The notes under the pieces are model-generated. The model was not told the DNA's origin and did no database searches. It was given only the letters and a program-made list of their open reading frames with translations. Source: a virus (Duplodnaviria > Caudoviricetes). Taken from it: a stretch of 64,000 nt of DNA. The position numbers and the translations under genes are program-made. Numbering within the stretch: position 1 is the first letter of the stretch; every line of letters begins with the position of its first letter. The stretch lies in the IMG/VR virus record IMGVR_UViG_3300032285_001531; one strand, written 5' to 3'. This document shows, piece by piece, positions 16,726 through 24,460 of the stretch.

Positions 16726-17374
16726 ATGTTTTATAATCTATTCCTGCAAATTCACCTTCACAACTGCGTGTCATTAAAAGTAAATCTTTAGCAATATTAT
16801 AATTAATATATTGTTTTATAATCCAATCTTTTTGTACAAATCTAAAAGGATGTACGGCATATCTATCCATATGTTTCATTAAACGCAAATGTTGATTGTT
16901 TTCGTTAGATTCAATATTACGTTCAGTCATACCGGATAGATGAGATGGATTGCGTGTTACTGCATTATAATATGCATCAATATTATACTTGTCACAGATG
17001 TATTCTGCATATGCACGTTGTTGTATGTTATCCCCTGATACTTGTTTGCCGTATTCGTCTGTCAAACTAGGACCTATATTACCGTATTCAAGTTCCGGTG
17101 CAATAAAATTTACATGTCTATACCATGTGGGGCAGTGAAAATATTCGTATAACCATTGATACACTCTTAGACTATCAACTTCCTGCCAAGGTCTAGTCTT
17201 CCACATTCTGGTGTGACTTATGATGTGAATTGTTACATCTCTTTTTTCTTTTTCTATAATGTCGCATAATATATAGGCAAGCAATGCGCTATCAGCACCA
17301 CCGCTTAAACTAATAGCTATACTTTCCCATTCTTTATTGAACGGTATATTAACTCCATCTATATTATATTCCAT
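16643..17374 (-). CDS. QueC-like PP-loop ATP pyrophosphatase
   Basis: ISLSGGADSA (SGGxDS); C-terminal TRSC...CGECFWCKER zinc site. Confidence 0.7.
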   Translation of the reverse strand: MEYNIDGVNIPFNKEWESIAISLSGGADSALLAYILCDIIEKEKRDVTIHIISHTRMWKTRPWQEVDSLRVYQWLYEYFHCPTWYRHVNFIAPELEYGNIGPSLTDEYGKQVSGDNIQQRAYAEYICDKYNIDAYYNAVTRNPSHLSGMTERNIESNENNQHLRLMKHMDRYAVHPFRFVQKDWIIKQYINYNIAKDLLLMTRSCEGEFAGIDYKTYVMDQYVPICGECFWCKEREWAIEQNK

Positions 17375-18227
17375 GTTCTTCCAAATATCTAATTAACGGT
17401 GCTATTCCCACTGGATGTCCGTCACGCATTGCAATATGTATGCTCTGTGTTGCACGTAGATTAAAGTCGTTGCATATTTTATAATAGCGATCACCGTGTG
17501 TCATCCACAAATAATCTTTAGGGAAGTTACGCAAGAAATGATTAGCTATCATTACCAATGCTCTATTGTTCATATGAAAGTCATTCATAATAGTAATAGC
17601 ATCAGGTTCTTTCTTCTTAGTCCATCTTAATCCTACTCTATTCCAACCCAACCCTAACCCTTTACTCAAACTAATAGCAACTGAAACAATAGCCGGATGA
17701 TCAAAGTTAAAGTGTATGCCATGACTGCAAGTAACCCAAGCACCGTCAATATGAACTTCAATTTCGTTTTCCAAACAGTCATCTAGTATATCATTCATGT
17801 CATAATGTATTGCACCAATGCTAGGAAAAGGCATTGCAATAATTAATGGTTTATACGGCACTAAGTAATTAGGAGTGCTATATATTAAGTTTGGATTCAA
17901 TCGTTCATGGTATCTATAATCACCTAACAACACTTGTATATCTTTTTCTTGCATATAGATGGTGTCAATGAATTGGGTGCATCCCATTGTTATGTCAATT
18001 CTATCAAAAGTATCAATACCTTTTAATACGTTAACATTGCTATTGAATATGTAATCATGTGCTAAACTACGGAAGTCATCATATACTTTATCCGTAATAT
18101 CTTTGTCCATTCCCCCTGATAATACTTCTTGTATAGTGTTCTCAATTTTTCTATCACTAAGAGTTTGCGGTCTATCCGTTTCTAAATATTCTTCCGAATA
18201 AACAGGAGCAATTTTTGTTCTTTTCAT
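17364..18227 (-). CDS. PLP-dependent enzyme (fold type I, aminotransferase-like)
   Basis: HIDGAW (PLP Asp), SLSKGLGLGWNRVG (Schiff-base Lys). Confidence 0.7.
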   Translation of the reverse strand: MKRTKIAPVYSEEYLETDRPQTLSDRKIENTIQEVLSGGMDKDITDKVYDDFRSLAHDYIFNSNVNVLKGIDTFDRIDITMGCTQFIDTIYMQEKDIQVLLGDYRYHERLNPNLIYSTPNYLVPYKPLIIAMPFPSIGAIHYDMNDILDDCLENEIEVHIDGAWVTCSHGIHFNFDHPAIVSVAISLSKGLGLGWNRVGLRWTKKKEPDAITIMNDFHMNNRALVMIANHFLRNFPKDYLWMTHGDRYYKICNDFNLRATQSIHIAMRDGHPVGIAPLIRYLEEHGI

Positions 18228-18250
18228 AATTTTATTTAATAAATATAGTC

Positions 18251-18931
18251 ATGCTCACTAAATTACATTCAATTGAAAACATTTCTGAAATTGTTACCCA
18301 AATTAATGAAATGAATATTGACATTAAACATAAAGCATTGAACGTTACTAACGGCAATATCCTTACTGGAAATTATACACTAATTGAAGAAATAGTCAAT
18401 ACCCCATTAGGTAATTTTTTAGACAGTTTGGGTGACATAGGTGAGGCTAGATTACTTGTATTAGAATCCGGTGAATCGTACACTGCTCATACTGACCCAG
18501 ATGATAGAATACATTTAGTAATAACGACTAATCCAGATTGCTATCTTATTGATTTAGATGATGAAAAAATGTATCACTTGCCTGTTGATGGGCAAATATG
18601 GTACATGGATACAGGAGTTCGTCATGTTGCTAGTAACTTTGGTGGCAGACCTCGTATACATTTAAATGTTCGTGTGAAACTACCAAAAATAACATATCCC
18701 TGTTACAAGATAAGTGTTAGTGGCGGTGAATATGATTGGAAACAAGAATTATATGACGGTCTTATGAGTTACCTAAATTACGGAATAAAAAATAACAATA
18801 TTGAAGGTATAGAAAAAATTAGTGAACGTGAACTATTAGTTAATTGCAATTCGGATACGTTGAATTCTATTATCAAAATAATAACAGACAAAAAATTTAT
18901 AGTTGATATTATTGAAATTTATCAACCGTAA
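18251..18931 (+). CDS. 2OG-Fe(II)/Asp-Asn beta-hydroxylase-like oxygenase with C-terminal extra domain
   Basis: ARLLVL...YTAHTDPDDRIH...RHVASN.GGRPRIHL. ATAAATA at 18239-18245. Confidence 0.75.
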   Translation: MLTKLHSIENISEIVTQINEMNIDIKHKALNVTNGNILTGNYTLIEEIVNTPLGNFLDSLGDIGEARLLVLESGESYTAHTDPDDRIHLVITTNPDCYLIDLDDEKMYHLPVDGQIWYMDTGVRHVASNFGGRPRIHLNVRVKLPKITYPCYKISVSGGEYDWKQELYDGLMSYLNYGIKNNNIEGIEKISERELLVNCNSDTLNSIIKIITDKKFIVDIIEIYQP

Positions 18932-19997
18932 TAAATTGATCATTAGGATTGCTTATTATTTTTTCTTTACTCTTCCCGCATGCACGTGCGCAAGTAAGTA
19001 GTTTCTTTTCATTCCAATATTCATTCCAAACTGATTGATATTCTACACTATCAATAATGTCCTTTATGCTATTATTTTCTATATCTAATTTTTGTAGTCC
19101 ACCTAAACTCTTTACAAGGTCATGATATTGATTTAGCATTTCTTGTTTAGCCGGAATAAAAGAACCCTCATGGTCTATCGGTATATAGGGTAAACTACCT
19201 AACCAACAACAGGGCATTAAATATCCTTTAGCATCCAAGTATATCTCACGCTCTTTTTGCACGTAACATTCGATGGTCATTTCATCTACTATTTTTCTGT
19301 AATTGTTTAGTACATTCTTGTCAATAAACTTCAATTCACTATACTTACTAGGTTCTAAATTATATATGGTTTCTTTTTTATCATTCCATACAGGAAATTT
19401 AGGTTCTAATAAGAATCTACTACTATCTTTCATAACAAAAGTTTGAAATCCTAATTGTTTTGCTAATTCTTTAGCTTCATCAACCTGATGTTCATTGTGT
19501 TTAAATCTTATAAAAGCCCATTCTGCTTTTCCACCAGCTAATATAAAATGATGAGCATTTTCAATAATAGTATTGTAGTTAGTTCCTATACGATATATTG
19601 AATGTGTATCCTCTAAACCATCAATAGCAAAAACTACACAATGATTTTCTGGTAATGAATGTACTAACTTAATCCACCATGCATTGCTTCTAGCTGAACC
19701 ATTTGTGTGTATACGTATCTGTATGTTTGGATTTACTGTTTTTGCGTATAAACACATGTCGGGTAAATCTTTATTAATGATTGGATCTCCAAAATTACCA
19801 CAAAAATATAATTTGTTTAACTGATTTAATACTTCCGAAGTAAATGCTATTTTGAATCTATCTAATGTCCAATTTTCTATTTCCAATAATGGATTTACTA
19901 CTCCGCCATGTATATTTCTGGTACACATAGGACAACTAGCTTGGCAGTTATTGGTTATTTCTATATGAACGCTCTTTAGTTCTTCAAATTTAAACAT
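18909..19997 (-). CDS. Radical SAM/SPASM protein
   Basis: CQASCPMC, FCGNFGDP, HTNG, FAIDG, PCC, CARAC. Paralogue of 8593..9651. Likely start ATG 19997. Confidence 0.9.
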   Translation of the reverse strand: MFKFEELKSVHIEITNNCQASCPMCTRNIHGGVVNPLLEIENWTLDRFKIAFTSEVLNQLNKLYFCGNFGDPIINKDLPDMCLYAKTVNPNIQIRIHTNGSARSNAWWIKLVHSLPENHCVVFAIDGLEDTHSIYRIGTNYNTIIENAHHFILAGGKAEWAFIRFKHNEHQVDEAKELAKQLGFQTFVMKDSSRFLLEPKFPVWNDKKETIYNLEPSKYSELKFIDKNVLNNYRKIVDEMTIECYVQKEREIYLDAKGYLMPCCWLGSLPYIPIDHEGSFIPAKQEMLNQYHDLVKSLGGLQKLDIENNSIKDIIDSVEYQSVWNEYWNEKKLLTCARACGKSKEKIISNPNDQFITVDKFQ

Positions 19998-20067
19998 TTG
20001 ATTTTTTCCGTGAATAAATATTCTACTATTTAACAAGATAATCCTACACCAGATTTAAAAATACATA

Positions 20068-20772
20068 ATGTCTATTGCATATTTACCTATTGAAATTGAT
20101 GTGCGCTTGCCCGATCCTCAAATAATTTTGGATTATATTGATGCATACCAACTCAAAACAAAACACACAACATGGAAAATAGCTCCTATATTGGGTAGAG
20201 TTAACACAGAAAATTGGTATGAAGGTAACGCATACGCAAATGTAATTTACAATAGATATAATACTTCCATTAAATCAAAGACACAATATGCAAATAATAT
20301 TGATAAACTGATGCCAGAAATACCCTATATGTTAAGTCAGCTTCCATTCAAGCAACTTACTTTTGGATTGCTATTAGAACAAATGACAGAAGTAACCAAG
20401 CACCATGATGTACAAGCATATGACATATATAATGATTTGACAGAAATAGAGCATGAACCTAGAAGATTTAACATATTAATGACTAGACATTCAGAGAAAG
20501 CATTTTATTTGAGTGAATCGCTAGAAAGTGAAAATGTGTATCCTATCATTACAAAAGAGAACCCTTGTTTTGCATTTAACGAACGTCATTATTTGCATGG
20601 ATCTGATTATATTGGTCCTAACAAAGTCATGATTATGGCAGGTGGAATTATTGATAAGAAAAAGTTTAAAGATATGATTGATAGAAATTTAAAAAAATTT
20701 AAAGATCAAGTGATAATATTTCCTGATCGTTCACCTAATTCAGTAATTAGAATTGGATCCGGAATAGAGTGA
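20068..20772 (+). CDS. 2OG-Fe(II) oxygenase-like protein, tandem paralogue 1
   Basis: KHHD...EPRRFNI...YLHGSDY. ATAAATA at 20014-20020. Confidence 0.6.
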   Translation: MSIAYLPIEIDVRLPDPQIILDYIDAYQLKTKHTTWKIAPILGRVNTENWYEGNAYANVIYNRYNTSIKSKTQYANNIDKLMPEIPYMLSQLPFKQLTFGLLLEQMTEVTKHHDVQAYDIYNDLTEIEHEPRRFNILMTRHSEKAFYLSESLESENVYPIITKENPCFAFNERHYLHGSDYIGPNKVMIMAGGIIDKKKFKDMIDRNLKKFKDQVIIFPDRSPNSVIRIGSGIE

Positions 20773-20773
20773 T

Positions 20774-21514
20774 ATGGGATTAGCTTTCTTACCGATTGAC
20801 ATAGATGCACGATTACCTGATGAAGAAAGAGTAATTCAATATTGTCATGATAATCATTTAAAATTACCTGGGTTTGGTATAAACTTTGAGTTTGTTCCGG
20901 TAATTTCTAGATTAGATGATGCTGAATGGAATGATAAACAATTAATCAAAGAAACATTAAGTAATCGGTATAATGTTTCTGATAAAAAATCTAAGTATTA
21001 TAAAGACATAGACAAAATATTTCCTGAAATTCCATATATGGTAGAACAATTACCGTTCAAAGAAATAACTTTTGCAGCCTTGTTGTTACAAAAAAAATAT
21101 GTTGATCACCATATGGATACCAATGAAGGTGACACTGCAGAAGATCCTTATGAAATTAGTATTGAAAATGAGCCACATAGGTATAATATACAATTGACCC
21201 AACATACAAAAAATAAATTTTTTATGAGTCAAGAAATTAACGGAGAAAAGACACATCGTGTTATATCTAAAGAAAGACCATGTTTTGTTTTTTCTGAAAG
21301 ATATTATTGGCACGGTGGGGAGTATGAAGTAGAAAATTGCGTACATTTTGCTATTATGGCAATTGTAGATAGAGTAAAGCATAAAGACATGATTATAAAA
21401 AATCTTATTAAGTATCACAATGAGGCAATAATATATCCTGATCCAATAGATCCATGGGATCCCAAATATCAATCTCAGTATGATGCTAACGGTAACGACA
21501 TTTATAATACGTAA
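20774..21514 (+). CDS. 2OG-Fe(II) oxygenase-like protein, tandem paralogue 2
   Basis: HHMD...EPHRYNIQLT...YWHG. Confidence 0.6.
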   Translation: MGLAFLPIDIDARLPDEERVIQYCHDNHLKLPGFGINFEFVPVISRLDDAEWNDKQLIKETLSNRYNVSDKKSKYYKDIDKIFPEIPYMVEQLPFKEITFAALLLQKKYVDHHMDTNEGDTAEDPYEISIENEPHRYNIQLTQHTKNKFFMSQEINGEKTHRVISKERPCFVFSERYYWHGGEYEVENCVHFAIMAIVDRVKHKDMIIKNLIKYHNEAIIYPDPIDPWDPKYQSQYDANGNDIYNT

Positions 21515-21532
21515 TAACACAACGGAGAAAGT

Positions 21533-22252
21533 ATGACCATAGCATTTTTACCAATTGATATTGATGTAAAACTTCCAGATGAGGAAAAAATAATAAAATT
21601 CTGTGAAGAATTTAAAATGGCAAAATTAAATGTAGAAAAAGATAAAGGATCCCATTGGGATGTTGTTCCTGTATTAAGCCGAATTTCTGAACAAGATTGG
21701 AATGATAGTTTAAAAGCAAAACATTCAATAAACAATCGCTATGTTCCTAATTTAGGAGAACCTAGATACCTAAATAATATTGATAAACTTTTCCCTGAAA
21801 TACCATACATGCTTGAACAATTGCCATATAAAGAACTAACAATAGTTTCATTGTTATTACAAACTGAATATGTACCACATCATTTTGATCCACATTACGG
21901 AGATGTGACACCTGATCCATATGAAATTAGTATCGAAAATGAACCACATAGATATAACATACAACTAACACATCATAATAAAAATGCATTTTTTGTTAGT
22001 GAAAAACACGGTGGTGAAAAGTTATACCCTAAAATAACTAAAGAAAGACCATGTTTTGCTTTTTGTGAAAGATATCATTGGCACGGAAGTGATTATATTG
22101 GTCCTAATAAGATACAACTAAGTGTTTTTGGCATAGTGGATAGAATAAAACACAAAGATATGATTATTAAAAATCTTATTAAATACCGTGATGAAGCAAT
22201 CATATTGCCTAATCCAATAGATCCTTGGGATCCTATACATCATCACTCTTAA
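21533..22252 (+). CDS. 2OG-Fe(II) oxygenase-like protein, tandem paralogue 3
   Basis: HHFD...EPHRYNIQLT...HWHGSDY. Confidence 0.6.
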   Translation: MTIAFLPIDIDVKLPDEEKIIKFCEEFKMAKLNVEKDKGSHWDVVPVLSRISEQDWNDSLKAKHSINNRYVPNLGEPRYLNNIDKLFPEIPYMLEQLPYKELTIVSLLLQTEYVPHHFDPHYGDVTPDPYEISIENEPHRYNIQLTHHNKNAFFVSEKHGGEKLYPKITKERPCFAFCERYHWHGSDYIGPNKIQLSVFGIVDRIKHKDMIIKNLIKYRDEAIILPNPIDPWDPIHHHS

Positions 22253-22806
22253 TGTATAAACTAGTAGAGTACAATGATAGATTAGACTTAACTTCATTCT
22301 ATGAGAATGCAAGTAATCGTGGATTTGATAATAACTCTAATAAAAAAATACTGATAGACAGTTTTTCTAAAGAACATGATTCATGTATTTGGATATTGTA
22401 TTATAATGATGTCCCTGCGGGCAGTGTAGCTGCACATAGTTTAGATATATTTGATAAGATAAGTTATAGAATATGTGCAAGAACTTGTGTGTTTACTGAT
22501 TTATTACCTATTCGTACATTAAGAAGTTTAGGAAATACAATATTAAAACATCAAAACATAACAGCACAGTTTTATATACCTAAATGTATTGAATACTGCC
22601 CTGTTGATAGTGATTTATACATTACTACGAACAACAGCGAAATAGCTAGTCAAAGACAAGTACATCAAATATACTGTCCTGCATTAGAAAAGTCAGGTGT
22701 TCTAACAAAAACCCACGAACTTATGTATCGTGGGCATATTCAAACTTTCTGGAAATTAGATAGAGAAATATTCTTATCTCAATTAAACAGTTATCCTAGG
22801 TGGTAA
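22252..22806 (+). CDS. GNAT-like acetyltransferase (tentative)
   Basis: TAATG-coupled start at 22252; WILYYNDVPAGSVAAH...YRICARTC...LYITTN. Confidence 0.45.
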   Translation: MYKLVEYNDRLDLTSFYENASNRGFDNNSNKKILIDSFSKEHDSCIWILYYNDVPAGSVAAHSLDIFDKISYRICARTCVFTDLLPIRTLRSLGNTILKHQNITAQFYIPKCIEYCPVDSDLYITTNNSEIASQRQVHQIYCPALEKSGVLTKTHELMYRGHIQTFWKLDREIFLSQLNSYPRW

Positions 22807-22891
22807 ACCTAATCAATAGATGCACTAATAAAGGTACCATTAGTGGCATTGCTACTGCAAGCAATACTATCCATAGATCGGGGGTGCGCAT
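22796..22891 (-). CDS. Small hydrophobic membrane peptide (31 aa, MRTPDLWIVLLAVAMPLMVPLLVHLLIRFTT)
   Basis: Manual translation. Fills the gap between the 22900 ORF stop and the convergent GNAT gene. Confidence 0.35.
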   Translation of the reverse strand: MRTPDLWIVLLAVAMPLMVPLLVHLLIRFTT

Positions 22892-22899
22892 TATTCATA

Positions 22900-23241
22900 T
22901 TAGTTACATGCTCTACTGCGTGTTACTGTGCCATCTGGATTCTGTATTTCAGTCCAAGGACCGCAGTATTGTCTTTCAACGTATACTGGATATTGACTTG
23001 GATACGGAACAGGACCGGAATATGTCTGAGGAACTTGTTGTACTATTACAGGCTGTTGAGGTACACTATTGCGACCTAATGCATAACCTATAACACCTGT
23101 TACCAAAGCAGGACCAACCCAATCATTGTTGCTTTGAACAATAACAGGACCACGTCCATAGTATCCATGATGATGGAAGAAAGGATCAGCGTTTGCTGCA
23201 CCTGATGCCAATAATGCTAAAATAATAATTGCACGTTTCAT
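22900..23241 (-). CDS. Secreted glycine-zipper/proline-rich small protein
   Basis: Signal peptide (MKRAIIILALLASGAANA), GPALVTGVIGYALG. TATAAATA at 23263-23270 and AAGGAG RBS. Confidence 0.7.
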   Translation of the reverse strand: MKRAIIILALLASGAANADPFFHHHGYYGRGPVIVQSNNDWVGPALVTGVIGYALGRNSVPQQPVIVQQVPQTYSGPVPYPSQYPVYVERQYCGPWTEIQNPDGTVTRSRACN

Positions 23242-23287
23242 AACAAATCTCCTTGTGTGAAGTATTTATAATATGATATCGATAAAT

Positions 23288-23665
23288 TTACTCATTGTCA
23301 ACGTAAACTAGCCAACTAATGTGTAACAAGTCGTTACGGATTTCTTCAGTTATGTAACCCTCCATAACATATCCTTTTTCTTTCATATATTGTTCCCCCT
23401 CTTCATGGTTATAATCTGTTAATCCGCCCATGCCTGAACAATACCATGTAAGATAATCACCTGTACCCTGTAGTCTTGCTACTATGCTTCCTGCATATCT
23501 CCACGTACAACCCCATGTTTCTTCTTTTAATATAGGAACAACTTCATTCTTAATAAATTCATTATTACATAATGCTGCATATAAATTTTGAGCATAGGCG
23601 TCGTCCATACATTTTGTTCTAATGTATGTACTATTCATTAAATCATTTTCTAAATCATGTTCCAT
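23288..23665 (-). CDS. Hypothetical phage protein
   Basis: YAQNLYAALCNN...WGCTWRYAG...DYLTWYCSG; intact ORF. Confidence 0.65.
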   Translation of the reverse strand: MEHDLENDLMNSTYIRTKCMDDAYAQNLYAALCNNEFIKNEVVPILKEETWGCTWRYAGSIVARLQGTGDYLTWYCSGMGGLTDYNHEEGEQYMKEKGYVMEGYITEEIRNDLLHISWLVYVDNE

Positions 23666-23678
23666 AGATAGTGGTAGG

Positions 23679-23707
23679 TAAACTTCAGCACTAGGTGCTG
23701 AAGTTTA
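23679..23707. terminator. 13-bp perfect hairpin after the SleB-type gene (terminator-like)
   Basis: taaacttcagcac-tag-gtgctgaagttta. Confidence 0.5.
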
Positions 23708-23722
23708 AACAGTTTACATTAA

Positions 23723-24382
23723 TTAACTGCTACGTGCAAGCTTAAAATTTTCCGTATTCTTTTGATTACGTTTTCTACCAAATTTCTCGTAGAATATATG
23801 ATTACCAATTTTGGCAACTTGCTTGTACGGCCACACAGGGTCTACCCATATGTTGTGAAAAAATAGTGTAGTTGCAGGTATAATGTTGCTATAAGCATCA
23901 TGTGCTAAAACATTATATGCCACTTGATAACTCTCTTTGTAGTTATTACTATTTTTATTCGGGGAATTTTTCCCTTCACAGACCCAACTGAATTGGCATA
24001 CTCTGACTTTTATCATGTCATCAGTATTATCGATTGTATCTTCATTTGGTTTTAGTACAGTCAATACTTGATACACGACTGTACACGGATTAGGACCGAA
24101 GCCAGCATTGACTCGGTTCATTACCACTCGTGCTACTGCAGCTTTACCTGCTAATGGTTCTCCGCCTGCTTCAAAAAATACATTTTTAGCGAGGCAGTCT
24201 AACTGTTTAGGATCAACATGTTTGACTTTTGGCTGAGCCACTTCCACTATTACTTCTCTTTCTTGTATTGGTTTTGCGTCAACAAAACTAAGCACAGTTG
24301 CAAATATTAAAAAACATGCAAGTAGTGTCTTTGCAAGAATGTTTCTAGTAACAAAGTTACGTAGGATTGGTAGGTATTTCAT
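23723..24382 (-). CDS. SleB-family cell wall hydrolase (Hydrolase_2)
   Basis: CLAKNVFFEAGGEP...AVARVVMNRV...CQFSW...IGNHIFY; N-terminal hydrophobic segment; GGAGA RBS. Confidence 0.88.
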   Translation of the reverse strand: MKYLPILRNFVTRNILAKTLLACFLIFATVLSFVDAKPIQEREVIVEVAQPKVKHVDPKQLDCLAKNVFFEAGGEPLAGKAAVARVVMNRVNAGFGPNPCTVVYQVLTVLKPNEDTIDNTDDMIKVRVCQFSWVCEGKNSPNKNSNNYKESYQVAYNVLAHDAYSNIIPATTLFFHNIWVDPVWPYKQVAKIGNHIFYEKFGRKRNQKNTENFKLARSS

Positions 24383-24460
24383 TTTTTTCTCCTTTTGTCC
24401 TTGGTCATAAGGTCATAACTTCTTATGAACTACGGATTTTTAGATTATATAACTGTTAGG

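Noticed and set aside
14472-17374. 7-deazaguanine DNA-modification cluster (QueC plus QueE)
   Set aside because: No FolE, QueD or DpdA in the window. The radical SAMs carry SPASM-type extensions that QueE lacks.
7038-19997. One of the radical SAM genes being PqqE, making a full phage pqq pathway
   Set aside because: None shows PqqE-type signatures that I recognise, and no pqqB, pqqC or pqqD is present. pqqA lies 5 kb away in a separate unit.
24390-24430. Short direct repeat ggtcataa-ggtcataa upstream of the SleB-type gene
   Set aside because: Only two 8-bp copies in AT-rich DNA; too weak to call an operator.
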